Part shown: positions 8,559 to 17,392 of the stretch, piece after piece | How positions within the stretch are numbered: position 1 is the first letter of the stretch | Layout: the number at the start of each line of letters is the position of its first letter | Assembly (NCBI GenBank): GCA_041641835.1 | Contig: JBEPXQ010000001.1 | Coordinates: 1-39,384 of the forward strand | Direction: 5' to 3' | Length of the DNA: 39,384 nucleotides | DNA from: Bacteroidales bacterium | Lineage (GTDB): Bacteria > Bacteroidota > Bacteroidia > Bacteroidales > PWNQ01 | Notes under the pieces: generated by a model | What the model saw: only the letters and a program-made list of their open reading frames with translations | What the model was told of the DNA's origin: nothing | Databases searched by the model: none | Program-made: the position numbers and the translations under genes

Positions 8559-9761
8559 ATGAAAACAATAGAAAACTGCGAATTTTCAGGAAAAAAGGTG
8601 CTTTTGCGAGTTGACTTCAACGTACCGCTTAACCACAACCGGCAGATTACTGATGATACCAGGATCAGAGAATCATTGCCAACGATTAAGAAAATCCTTG
8701 ACGGTGGCGGATCAATTATTTTAATGTCGCACCTGGGCAGGCCCAAGGGGCAGTACGAACAGGACTATTCACTGAGCCCGATTTTACCGCACTTGTCAAA
8801 ACTGCTCCACACCAATGTAAAATTTGCAGCGCAGGCCACTGGTGAAAAAACCAGGCAGATAGCTGATAAACTCCAGCCTGGCGAAGTACTCCTTTTGGAA
8901 AATCTCAGGTTTCATCCTGAAGAAGAAAAGGGCGATGAGGAATTTGCAAAGGAATTAAGCAAACTTGGAGACATTTACGTTAATGATGCTTTTGCTACTG
9001 CTCATCGTGATCATGCCTCAACATCAACCATTGCGAAATTCTTTCCCGAGCACAAATTTTTTGGCTTGCTCATGACCAATGAGCTTAAAAGCCTTGATAA
9101 AGTACTCAGGTATCCTCAGCCTCCGTTTACGGCCATCATCGGTGGGGCGAAGGTTTCAACAAAAATTGACATTATCAAAAACCTGCTAAATAAGGTAGAT
9201 AATATGATCATTGGTGGGGGTATGGCCTTTACTTTCATCAAAGCCCTGGGTGGTGAAGTAGGTGGGTCACTCATTGAAAATGACAAAGTTGAACTGGCAA
9301 AGGGAATTGTAAAAGAGATGATGCTTAAAGGCGTTAACCTCTATCTTCCTGTGGATGCTATTATTGCAGATTCATTTAGTAATGAAGCTAAAATCGATAA
9401 ATCACAGGTAAACACTATTCCACCGGACTGGATGGGCCTGGATATTGGTCAGCGGTCATCAAGAAGATTTGCCGAGATCATCAATAAATCAGCTACAATA
9501 TTATGGAACGGCCCCATGGGTGTTTTTGAAATGCCGAATTTCAAGCAGGGCACCAAGTCTGTTGCCATTGCAGTTGCCAGTGCCACCATTAGTGGTTCCT
9601 TTAGCCTGATAGGCGGTGGAGACTCAGTGGCCGCTATTAACAGCTATAAACTCAATGATATGATCAGCTATGTTTCCACAGGTGGTGGTGCATTGCTGGA
9701 ATATATTGAAGGTAAAACATTGCCTGGAATAAAAGCAATGGGAAAAAACGGCGAAGATTAA
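8559..9761 (+). CDS. pgk: Phosphoglycerate kinase
   Basis: 400 aa. KKVLLRVDFNVP, MSHLGRPKG, YVNDAFATAHR, GGAKVSTKI, WNGPMGVFE, GGGDS. Confidence 0.97.
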   Translation: MKTIENCEFSGKKVLLRVDFNVPLNHNRQITDDTRIRESLPTIKKILDGGGSIILMSHLGRPKGQYEQDYSLSPILPHLSKLLHTNVKFAAQATGEKTRQIADKLQPGEVLLLENLRFHPEEEKGDEEFAKELSKLGDIYVNDAFATAHRDHASTSTIAKFFPEHKFFGLLMTNELKSLDKVLRYPQPPFTAIIGGAKVSTKIDIIKNLLNKVDNMIIGGGMAFTFIKALGGEVGGSLIENDKVELAKGIVKEMMLKGVNLYLPVDAIIADSFSNEAKIDKSQVNTIPPDWMGLDIGQRSSRRFAEIINKSATILWNGPMGVFEMPNFKQGTKSVAIAVASATISGSFSLIGGGDSVAAINSYKLNDMISYVSTGGGALLEYIEGKTLPGIKAMGKNGED

Positions 9762-9778
9762 GACATAATGTCAATTGT

Positions 9779-9794
9779 GGGCCAGCGATTTGCG
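9779..9794 (+). promoter_or_regulatory. Candidate sigma54 (-24/-12) promoter upstream of hsp20
   Basis: GGGCCA-GCGAT-TTGCG compared with TGGCAC-N5-TTGCW. The GG (9780-9781) and GC (9792-9793) have the correct 12-nt register. I found no TAnnTTTG box between pgk and hsp20. Confidence 0.25.
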
Positions 9795-9881
9795 ACATTA
9801 TGGCAGTGGTAGTGCCCGTGCGGGGTTTTGGTATATAAGTTGACCTGTGTTTGCCAGACAAAACAATAAAACTTATTAATT

Positions 9882-10283
9882 ATGGAACTGATACATCCAA
9901 ACTACCGCACGGGATTTCCCGGAAGAAGGCATCAACATCATCATGATCACCCTGGTGATTGCGATTGCCTGCCGGCTGCAAACATAGTTAGATTTGACGA
10001 TCATGCCGAAGTACATCTTTTTGTACCAGGAAGAACCAAAAATGATTTTGATATTAACCTGGATAAAGATGTATTAACCATCAGCGGAAAAGAAAAAGAA
10101 GCTGCTGAAGGTGAGTATTTGCAACAGGAATTCTTTTTAAAAGAATTTAATCGTAATTTCCAGGTGTCCGATGCCGTTGACACAGATAAAATTGAAGCAT
10201 CCTACGAAGATGGTGTTTTAAAGCTTAAACTCCCTTTCAGGGAAGATAAACAGCCAAAAAAGAAGGATATAAAGATTTCCTGA
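9882..10283 (+). CDS. Hsp20/alpha-crystallin family small heat-shock protein with His/Cys-rich N-terminus
   Basis: Alpha-crystallin core: NIVRFDDHAEVHLFVPGRTKNDFDINLDKDVLTISG ... ASYEDGVLKLKLP. The N-terminus contains RRHQHHHDHPGDCDC. Confidence 0.88.
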   Translation: MELIHPNYRTGFPGRRHQHHHDHPGDCDCLPAANIVRFDDHAEVHLFVPGRTKNDFDINLDKDVLTISGKEKEAAEGEYLQQEFFLKEFNRNFQVSDAVDTDKIEASYEDGVLKLKLPFREDKQPKKKDIKIS

Positions 10284-10310
10284 TCAAATAGGTCAGAGAT
10301 AATATTTATG

Positions 10311-10364
10311 CGGAAGTGTTTTTGCCTGATGAAAAGAAGGCGGGAAAGCACTTCCGTTTTTTTT
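10311..10364 (+). terminator. Rho-independent terminator after hsp20
   Basis: CGGAAGTG (10311-10318) pairs with CACTTCCG (10349-10356), followed by a T8 run (10357-10364). The loop is long (about 30 nt). Confidence 0.55.
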
Positions 10365-10377
10365 ATCTTTGCTGCAT

Positions 10378-10917
10378 ATGCAGCCAACCATAAAGCGTAC
10401 AGCGATTATATTACTCCTGAGTTTTCTGATGGTATCTTCAGGATGTGGTGTTTTCAAAAAAAAACCAGACAAACATGTAAAAACCAGTGAAGCCTCCTCA
10501 GCGAATTATGAGAGATATTCCCGGGCCCTGGGGTATGAACTTGAGGGAAATGAAAATATTCTCTTGCTGGAGGAGGTAGCCTCATGGCTGGGCGTGCCAT
10601 ACAAATACGGAGGATGCACACGTAAAGGAACAGACTGCTCCTGCCTTATTGGAAATATTTACAGCAACATTTACGGGATAAAACTGCCCAGGCGATCCAT
10701 TGATATTGCTTCCCGATCAAAAAAAATTAATCTGAAAAACCTAAAGGAAGCTGATTTGTTGTTTTTCAAGACCTCGGGGAATAAGGTTTCGCACGTGGGC
10801 CTGCACATCTCTAAGGGCTATTTTGTACATGCTTCCTCCTCAAAAGGTGTAATGATAAATCACATTACAGATAATTATTACAAACGAACATTTGCCTTTG
10901 CCGGCAGAATAAAATAG
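10378..10917 (+). CDS. NlpC/P60 (C40) family peptidoglycan peptidase lipoprotein
   Basis: Lipobox MVSSGC. Catalytic region YKYGGCTRKGTDCSCLIGNIY and SHVGLHISKGYFVHASS. The ORF-track start 10369 is TTG; I use the ATG at 10378. Confidence 0.82.
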   Translation: MQPTIKRTAIILLLSFLMVSSGCGVFKKKPDKHVKTSEASSANYERYSRALGYELEGNENILLLEEVASWLGVPYKYGGCTRKGTDCSCLIGNIYSNIYGIKLPRRSIDIASRSKKINLKNLKEADLLFFKTSGNKVSHVGLHISKGYFVHASSSKGVMINHITDNYYKRTFAFAGRIK

Positions 10918-10920
10918 AGC

Positions 10921-11832
10921 ATGAACAAAAAATGGGGAGCACATCTCACCTTGTTTGCCACCAGCCTGTTGTTTGGAGCGAATTACTGGATAGCAAAAGG
11001 ACTGATGCCGGATTATTTTCAGCCGCTTCAGGTTATTTTTATGAGGGTTCTGGGAGCCATGCTACTGTTTTGGATACTCCAGTTATTTCTTCCCAGGGAA
11101 AAGGTTACGAAAAAAGACCTTTGGCTGATAGCGCTTAGTTCCGCTTTGGGAGTTGCTCTTAACCAGATCATGTTTTTCAAGGGCCTCAACCTCACCACAC
11201 CCGTTGATACATCTATTATACATTCTTCCAGCCCCGTGTTAGTACTGATGTTTGCAGCCATCATTACACGCGAAAGACTCACCTGGATGAAAATTGCAGG
11301 GATAATTCTGGGTGCGGCTGGTGCTTTGTTGCTGGTGGTGCATGGCAAACAGATATCATTTAATGCAGATTCTTTCCGCGGGGATGTTTTCATTCTGATC
11401 AATATATCCGCTTACAGCATGTATCTTGTTCTTATTAAGCCGGTAATGGCCCGCTATAAACCAGTAACTGTGATGAAGTGGGTTTTCTTCTTCGGATTTC
11501 TTTTTGTGATTCCTTTTTCCGTTGGAAAGCTTCCCACTATCCAGTGGCAGAATATCGACAGCTTTGCCTGGTTCTCTCTGGGTTATGTGATAGTGGGAAC
11601 AACTTTCCTTGCCTATTTACTTACCATACAGGCTCTGCGCTATGTTGATGCTTCGGTGGCAGGATTTTATATTTATTTGCAACCTGTCGTGGCGGCACTG
11701 ATAGGCATTACAATTTTTGATGAGAAGCTGACCATGGAAAAAATTATAGCTGCAGCACTGGTGTTTGCCGGAGTCTATTTCGTAAGCCGGAAACCCGCTA
11801 AAAGAACCAAAGATCCAAGGATACGGCATTAA
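10921..11832 (+). CDS. EamA/DMT superfamily transporter
   Basis: 303 aa, about 10 TM helices, and two-EamA-repeat organisation by hydrophobicity pattern. Lies 3 nt after the preceding gene. Confidence 0.8.
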   Translation: MNKKWGAHLTLFATSLLFGANYWIAKGLMPDYFQPLQVIFMRVLGAMLLFWILQLFLPREKVTKKDLWLIALSSALGVALNQIMFFKGLNLTTPVDTSIIHSSSPVLVLMFAAIITRERLTWMKIAGIILGAAGALLLVVHGKQISFNADSFRGDVFILINISAYSMYLVLIKPVMARYKPVTVMKWVFFFGFLFVIPFSVGKLPTIQWQNIDSFAWFSLGYVIVGTTFLAYLLTIQALRYVDASVAGFYIYLQPVVAALIGITIFDEKLTMEKIIAAALVFAGVYFVSRKPAKRTKDPRIRH

Positions 11833-11845
11833 AACCACAAAAAAA

Positions 11846-11871
11846 AGCCTGAAAGCAAAAGCTTCCAGGCT
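11846..11871. terminator. Bidirectional terminator hairpin between eamA-like gene and hcp
   Basis: AGCCTGAAAGC / GCTTCCAGGCT (11 positions, one mismatch) with an AAAA tetraloop. An A-run lies upstream and an A/T-rich run (CATAAAAAATTT) downstream, between convergent genes. Confidence 0.6.
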
Positions 11872-11894
11872 CATAAAAAATTTAGCTGGATGGT

Positions 11895-13556
11895 TTAAGC
11901 TTCTTTCATGAAGAGCTCAATATCATCTTCCACATTACCAACAGGGGCAATTCCGAATTTGTCCACCAGCACCTTAGCTACGTTTGGTGAAAGGAAAGCC
12001 GGGAGTGTTGGTCCCAGGTGAATATCTTTAACACCCAGATAAAGCAGGGCCAGTAGTACGATTACGGCTTTTTGCTCATACCATGCGATATTGTAGGAAA
12101 TCGGCAGCTCGTTGATGTCATTCAGCTCAAAAACCTCTTTCAGCTTCAGTGCTATAACAGCAAGAGAATAAGAATCGTTGCACTGCCCTGCATCCAATAT
12201 CCTTGGAATACCACCAATATCGCCCAGCTTCAGCTTGTTGTAGCGGTATTTTGCGCAGCCGGCAGTGAGGACTACTGTATCATCAGGGAGTTTTGAAGCA
12301 AACTCGGTATAATAATCGCGGCTTTTCATTCTGCCGTCGCAACCGGCCATAACAAAGAATTGTTTAATAGCGCCATTTTTCACAGCATCCACTACTTTGT
12401 CAGCGAGTTCCATAACCTGGTTATGGGCAAATCCACCCACGATGGTTCCGGATTCAATCTCGGTTGGAGCGTCGCATTTTTTCGCCATTTCGATGATTTC
12501 GCTGAAATCTTTTTCGCCTCCGTTTTCCGGTTCCGGGATATGCTTGAAACCAGGATAACCGGAAGAACCTGTGGTGAACACACGATCGGTGTAGTTTGAA
12601 CGTTTGCCCGGAGGAACTATACAGTTTGTAGTGAAAAGGATTGGACCATTAAAGGTTTCAAACTCCTCTTTTTGCTTCCACCATGAATTACCATAGTTAC
12701 CCACGAAATGGTCATATTTTTTAAAGGCCGGATAATAGTTTGCCGGTAGCATTTCGCTGTGGGTATATACGTCCACGCCAGTGCCTTCCGTTTGCTTCAG
12801 CAGTTGCTCCATATCGCGCAGATCGTGGCCACTAATCAGAATTCCGGGGTTTTTACCCACTCCTATATTTACTTCAGTAACTTCCGGATTACCATAGGCA
12901 GAAGTATTGGCCTCATCGAGCAGGGCCATGGTTTCCACGCCGAACTTTCCTGTTTCAAGGGTCAGTTCCACCAGTTCGTCGGCTGATAAAGAGTCATCGG
13001 TAGTAGCTACCAGTGCGCGCTGTATGAACTCATAGATCTCGGGCTTTTCTTTACCAAGGTTTTTTGCATGATCGCCATAAGCTGCAATTCCTTTTACACC
13101 ATAAGTAACAAGTTCGCGCAGTGAACGGATATCCTCATTTTCTGTTTCAAGAGGACCAACTTTGTTGCCGGTTCGCTCAAACTCATCCATGGTGTAACCA
13201 TTCCATTTTGCTGCAGCAGGCATTTTATTTTCGTCAAATTCAACACCTTTTTGCTCCAGCTCCTGCTTCAGCTGAAGTTTATACTGCACTGTTTCTTTTA
13301 CATATTCAATGATGGCAGAATCATCAAAGTTTGCATTTGTTATTGTAGTGAATAAAGCCCGAAAGATAAATTGGTTAATCTCTGGTTTTTCGATTCCTTG
13401 CTTACGCGCTTCTGTTGTAAAGTAGGATAAGCCTTTCAGTGCAAAAACCAGCAGGTCCTGCATATCTGATGTGGATTCTTCTTTTCCGCAAACACCTTTA
13501 ATGGTGCATCCTACGCCTTTAGCGGCTTCCTGGCATTGAAAACAAAACATACTCAT
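11895..13556 (-). CDS. hcp: Hybrid cluster protein (hydroxylamine/NO reductase)
   Basis: 553 aa. N-terminal Cys motif [23 protein letters not shown]. Characteristic length and internal Cys/His ligand regions ([18 protein letters not shown]). Confidence 0.95.
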   Translation of the reverse strand: MSMFCFQCQEAAKGVGCTIKGVCGKEESTSDMQDLLVFALKGLSYFTTEARKQGIEKPEINQFIFRALFTTITNANFDDSAIIEYVKETVQYKLQLKQELEQKGVEFDENKMPAAAKWNGYTMDEFERTGNKVGPLETENEDIRSLRELVTYGVKGIAAYGDHAKNLGKEKPEIYEFIQRALVATTDDSLSADELVELTLETGKFGVETMALLDEANTSAYGNPEVTEVNIGVGKNPGILISGHDLRDMEQLLKQTEGTGVDVYTHSEMLPANYYPAFKKYDHFVGNYGNSWWKQKEEFETFNGPILFTTNCIVPPGKRSNYTDRVFTTGSSGYPGFKHIPEPENGGEKDFSEIIEMAKKCDAPTEIESGTIVGGFAHNQVMELADKVVDAVKNGAIKQFFVMAGCDGRMKSRDYYTEFASKLPDDTVVLTAGCAKYRYNKLKLGDIGGIPRILDAGQCNDSYSLAVIALKLKEVFELNDINELPISYNIAWYEQKAVIVLLALLYLGVKDIHLGPTLPAFLSPNVAKVLVDKFGIAPVGNVEDDIELFMKEA

Positions 13557-13599
13557 AGATAAAAATAGTTTTTTGGTTTTTATTTCTTTTTGTGATTTT

Positions 13600-14553
13600 T
13601 TAGAACATCCATTCTTCTTTCAGGAGCTCACCCCTGGAACTTACTACAGCCTGCTTTATCGGCACTTTCCGGTGAGCCTTTTTTACAGCGGCATCAACAA
13701 GTTGTAGCAGACCAGAGCAACAAGGCACTTCCATTACAACAATAGTCAGGGTATTGATGTTTGAATGATCAATCAGATGCACCATCTTTTCAACATACAC
13801 CTCTTTGTTACTGTCCAGCTTTGGACATGCAATAGCAAGTGATTTTCCCCTGAGGAAATGATGATGGAAATTACCCATTGCATAGGCCACACAATCAGCA
13901 GCTATAACCACATCAGCATTCTGATAATACCCGGCTGAAGGATTAATCAGGTGCATCTGAACAGGCCAGTGTTTTAGTGCTGACCGGAAGTCCGGCTTTT
14001 CATTGCCTGCAGGTTCCTGAGGTGTCTCTTCTTTTACTTCCTGATGATTGTCTCCGTTGGAAATAATCTCAGAGAAGTCGATAGAAGCAGAACCGGGGCA
14101 GCCACCACCGCAACCACCAGCAGCATGTGCAGGTTCTTTCACCTGTGCTTCAGCATTATGATTTTTGGCAAAAACCTCCTGTGCTGGTCTGCCGTCGCCT
14201 TCCGCGCTCATATCAATATTATTCTCGCGGATATACTCGGCTGCTTGTTTTACCAGTTCTGTTTCACCATGATCGCGCAGATGCTCTATGTGTGCAAGAA
14301 TTGTATTGCGTCCTTTTTTAACGAGCTTTTCCATCACCTTTTTTTCATCATAAGGCTCAGCTTCGCGTTCTTCAATGGTTATGGCATCCTGCGGGCAATG
14401 GCCGATGCAGGCTCCCAGCCCGTCACAAAACAAGTCTGAGATTAATCTGGCTTTACCATCAATTATTTTTAATGCGCCTTCATGACAATTGGGAACACAA
14501 ACTCCGCAACCGTCACATTTTTCTTCATCTATATTGATTATTTTCCTTTTCAT
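13600..14553 (-). CDS. Ferredoxin-like 2x[4Fe-4S] protein with Cys-containing C-terminal domain (FrdX-like hcp partner)
   Basis: [16 protein letters not shown] and [16 protein letters not shown] cluster motifs. Gly/Cys patch [11 protein letters not shown]-terminal domain with [13 protein letters not shown] and VPCCSG. Confidence 0.75.
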   Translation of the reverse strand: MKRKIINIDEEKCDGCGVCVPNCHEGALKIIDGKARLISDLFCDGLGACIGHCPQDAITIEEREAEPYDEKKVMEKLVKKGRNTILAHIEHLRDHGETELVKQAAEYIRENNIDMSAEGDGRPAQEVFAKNHNAEAQVKEPAHAAGGCGGGCPGSASIDFSEIISNGDNHQEVKEETPQEPAGNEKPDFRSALKHWPVQMHLINPSAGYYQNADVVIAADCVAYAMGNFHHHFLRGKSLAIACPKLDSNKEVYVEKMVHLIDHSNINTLTIVVMEVPCCSGLLQLVDAAVKKAHRKVPIKQAVVSSRGELLKEEWMF

Positions 14554-14555
14554 AA

Positions 14556-14978
14556 TTAATTATCAAATTGTTTTAGGTTAATTTCTGAAAGTTCTTTTAC
14601 AGTTTTATCGCGCAGAAAGTCCACGAACATTTCAGTAAGTTGAAAAGTAATATCACCGAAAACACAGCTTTTAAACGGGCACTGGCTTTTTGTTAATCCG
14701 CAAGGTGATGATAGGATCGGCCCTTCCATCATTTCAAAAACTTCAAGCAGCTTAATAGCCCTGGGATCCTTGTTGAGTTTATATCCGCCTTTAGGCCCGC
14801 GGATAGATTTCACATAATCCTGCTTTGTTAGTGTATTCAAAACTTTTAGCACATGATTTCTACTGGCTCCTGTGCTCACCGATACTTTCTCGGCCGAAAC
14901 AAGTTTTTCGTTATCCATCATCGAAAGGCTGTGGAATGCGATGATGGTTGCTTCTGATATATTAAATAATTTAGCCAT
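14556..14978 (-). CDS. Rrf2 family transcriptional regulator (NsrR/IscR-like, putative Fe-S sensing)
   Basis: wHTH region LVSAEKVSVSTGASRNHVLKVLNTLTKQDYVKSIRGPKGGYKL. Three-Cys cluster PCGLTKSQCPFKSCVF. I chose the ATG at 14978 (MAKLFNISE...), which fits the promoter box at 15009-15016; the ORF-track start at 15011 lies inside that box. Confidence 0.85.
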   Translation of the reverse strand: MAKLFNISEATIIAFHSLSMMDNEKLVSAEKVSVSTGASRNHVLKVLNTLTKQDYVKSIRGPKGGYKLNKDPRAIKLLEVFEMMEGPILSSPCGLTKSQCPFKSCVFGDITFQLTEMFVDFLRDKTVKELSEINLKQFDN

Positions 14979-15008
14979 TTTTGTATTATTGGTAACTGTT
15001 TGATGGTG

Positions 15009-15016
15009 CAAATATA
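15009..15016 (-). promoter_or_regulatory. -7 promoter box (TATATTTG on the minus strand) for the rrf2-ferredoxin-hcp operon
   Basis: Plus-strand CAAATATA is TAnnTTTG on the minus strand, about 30 nt upstream of the rrf2 ATG. Confidence 0.45.
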
Positions 15017-15020
15017 TAAA

Positions 15021-15038
15021 GTGGTATTACAATACCAC
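15021..15038. promoter_or_regulatory. Perfect 8-2-8 palindrome, candidate Rrf2 operator
   Basis: GTGGTATT-AC-AATACCAC, 4 nt upstream of the -7 box, spanning the spacer and -33 region of the predicted promoter. Confidence 0.5.
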
Positions 15039-15123
15039 AATAAAAACGTATTAAAATTATTAGGGATTACAGAAACCGTCTGTAAAACAAAGGAAAGAGA
15101 ATTAAATTTAGAAGCGATCTAAA

Positions 15124-15504
15124 TTAGGCTGTCGCTGGCCGTTTGGTGTCGCTGAAGTATTTTTTAAGATTGCCAGCCAGAGATTGGTCTTTCGGGAAAT
15201 AATTTTCTGCTCCTGTTTTCACAGCATTTGAGGCAATGTGCAACTTATTCTGACCGGAAATCATGATTACTTTGGCATCGGGCAATGTTTTTTTGATGTG
15301 TGTTAAGGTTTCGATACCATTAAGGCCGGTCATTTCAAAATCGAGGAGAATATAATCGGGTTGCTTGTTTATGTGGTTTAGGCATTCTTCACCCGAGTAA
15401 AAGTTTTCCACGTTGTTCAGGGATAAATTAAACAAAATGGCATTTAAAAGATGATGCATAAATTTATCATCATCCACTACAAAAATCAGGGGGTCCAAAT
15501 CCAT
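15124..15504 (-). CDS. Stand-alone response-regulator receiver (CheY-like) protein
   Basis: VVDDD acidic pocket, phospho-acceptor context ILLDFEMTG, conserved S (MISGQ) and K (FPKD). The ORF-track start is TTG at 15552; I use the ATG at 15504. Confidence 0.85.
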   Translation of the reverse strand: MDLDPLIFVVDDDKFMHHLLNAILFNLSLNNVENFYSGEECLNHINKQPDYILLDFEMTGLNGIETLTHIKKTLPDAKVIMISGQNKLHIASNAVKTGAENYFPKDQSLAGNLKKYFSDTKRPATA

Positions 15505-15671
15505 ATCCAAATCCGTTTTCAACTTCAGTATAAAAACTATACCAAATTGCAAAACAATGCTTAAGGCGTATAGGACAAATGATTTGCAGCTTATATAGAA
15601 CCCCCGGATTCTATTTATTAGAAAAAAATTCTAAAAATTGGAAAATAATTTGGTGGGTATCACAAAAGTTG

Positions 15672-15679
15672 TAATTTTG
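15672..15679 (+). promoter_or_regulatory. -7 promoter box (TAATTTTG) for the sigma54-activator gene
   Basis: TAnnTTTG match 26 nt upstream of the ATG at 15705. TTTG at 15650-15653 is a possible -33 element. Confidence 0.4.
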
Positions 15680-15704
15680 ATATTTAGTAACAAACGCATT
15701 TTTA

Positions 15705-17048
15705 ATGAAAACAGTTAAGATATTTGTTGTGGAAGATGATCCGATGTATGCACGCATATTGGAGTATCATCTTAATCAGAATCCGGACTATGATGTAAGG
15801 GTTTTTACGGATGGAAAGAGCTGCCTGGAGAAGCTTTACGAAAATCCTTCAATCATAACGCTGGATTATTCTTTACCTGATATTTCCGGGTTGGAGGTAC
15901 TGAAAAAGGTTCAGCAATATGACCCTGAGATTCCGGTTATTATTATTTCCGGGCAGGAAGATGTTTCCACAGCAGTAAATTTATTGAAGGAAGGCGCCTA
16001 CGATTATCTTATCAAGGATAAAAATACCAAGGATCGGTTGTGGAATAGCGTTAAAAATGTGAGAGAAAAACTGCGCCTGAAAGAAGAAATATCAGAGCTG
16101 CGGCAGGAAATAGGCAAAAAGTACGAGTTTAATAAGATTATAAAAGGCAACAGCCCTGCTTTACGGCGGGTATTTAACCTGATGGAAAAGGCTGCCAAAA
16201 CAAATATTACAGTTTCCATTACGGGCGAAACCGGAACTGGTAAGGAACTGGTGGCAAAAGCCATTCATTACAACTCGAAGTGGAAGAACAAACCTTTTGT
16301 TACAGTTAATGTGTCCGCGATTCCAAAAGAACTTATAGAAAGTGAAATGTTTGGTCACGAAAAGGGCGCATTCACGGGAGCCAATGAGCGCAGGATTGGT
16401 AAATTTGAGGAAGCGCATAACGGAACCATCTTCCTGGACGAGATAGGCGAAATGGAAATGGCCATGCAAACCAAGCTGTTGCGAGTATTGCAGGAAAAGG
16501 AAGTAACCAGGGTTGGAAGTAATAAAGTTATCAAGGTGGATACAAGAGTGATAGTGGCTACTCATAAGAATCTTCTGCAGGAAGTTAAAAACGGTAATTT
16601 CCGGGAAGACTTATATTACCGGCTGCTGGGGCTCCCTGTAGAACTTCCGCCTTTGCGTGACAGGGGCAACGACATCCTAATACTGGCCAAACACTTTGTG
16701 GAGGAGTTTGCCCGCGAAAACCAAATGGGGAAGATAAATATTTCTTCTGAAGCCCAGGAAAAACTACTTAAATACCCTTATCCTGGTAACGTGAGAGAAT
16801 TAAGGGCAGTAGTAGAACTTGCTGCTGTTATGGCAAATAATGAAGAAATTTCTGCCGAAGACATCAACTTCCACTCCACCAGTTCCATGACCGACCTGCT
16901 CATGGAAGAAGCTACGCTTAAAGAGTATGAACGGAGGATCATCAAGAATTTCCTGAAGAAATATGATGACAATATATTGCTGGTAGCTAAAAAGCTGGAT
17001 ATAGGGAAATCAACTATTTACCGGATGAAGAAAAACGGCGAAATATAA
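15705..17048 (+). CDS. Sigma54-dependent transcriptional activator, response-regulator class (REC-AAA+-Fis HTH; NtrC family)
   Basis: REC domain ([24 protein letters not shown]). Walker [15 protein letters not shown] loop ([11 protein letters not shown]). Walker B FLDEIGE. C-terminal [13 protein letters not shown]. Confidence 0.93.
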   Translation: MKTVKIFVVEDDPMYARILEYHLNQNPDYDVRVFTDGKSCLEKLYENPSIITLDYSLPDISGLEVLKKVQQYDPEIPVIIISGQEDVSTAVNLLKEGAYDYLIKDKNTKDRLWNSVKNVREKLRLKEEISELRQEIGKKYEFNKIIKGNSPALRRVFNLMEKAAKTNITVSITGETGTGKELVAKAIHYNSKWKNKPFVTVNVSAIPKELIESEMFGHEKGAFTGANERRIGKFEEAHNGTIFLDEIGEMEMAMQTKLLRVLQEKEVTRVGSNKVIKVDTRVIVATHKNLLQEVKNGNFREDLYYRLLGLPVELPPLRDRGNDILILAKHFVEEFARENQMGKINISSEAQEKLLKYPYPGNVRELRAVVELAAVMANNEEISAEDINFHSTSSMTDLLMEEATLKEYERRIIKNFLKKYDDNILLVAKKLDIGKSTIYRMKKNGEI

Positions 17049-17390
17049 TCATAGGTTGTCTTTTATTTCACTCAGATCGCGGTGAAGTTGCCTTATTGCC
17101 AGAATAAATTTATCCAGCAACAGGCTTATCCCGGAAGTATCAGCAGTCTTAGCTTTAATTTCCAATTCTGTTGCCAGTGAAGTGGCCTCATCATCGCAGA
17201 AAACGGATACTGATCCTTTAAGGCTATGGCTTAACCTGGCAATAGTGTCAAAATCCATCTCATCCACAGCATTTTGAAGAGCTGAAACTTTCTCGGGATA
17301 ATCCTTCAGAAATGTATCCAAAAGCTCCGAGATCATCTTATTTCCATAACATCTGTACTCTTGCATGAATGCACCTCTGTCCATTGTCAT
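17049..17390 (-). CDS. Histidine phosphotransfer (Hpt) domain protein
   Basis: 113 aa all-helical. Hpt signature LSHSLKGSVSVF. The ORF-track start is TTG at 17396; I use the ATG at 17390. Confidence 0.8.
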   Translation of the reverse strand: MTMDRGAFMQEYRCYGNKMISELLDTFLKDYPEKVSALQNAVDEMDFDTIARLSHSLKGSVSVFCDDEATSLATELEIKAKTADTSGISLLLDKFILAIRQLHRDLSEIKDNL

Positions 17391-17392
17391 AA

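Noticed and set aside
10308-10490. 60-aa ORF spanning the hsp20 terminator and the start of the NlpC/P60 gene.
   Set aside because: It overlaps a terminator hairpin and is out of frame with a gene that has clear C40 peptidase motifs.
15572-15588. Sigma54-like sequence TAGGACAAATGATTTGCA between the receiver and activator genes.
   Set aside because: The GG-to-GC spacing is one nucleotide too long (13 instead of 12), and sigma54 promoters do not tolerate that. A good TAATTTTG box already explains transcription of the activator gene.
16161-16565. 134-aa ORF antisense to the sigma54 activator AAA+ domain.
   Set aside because: It is a shadow ORF inside a well-supported gene.
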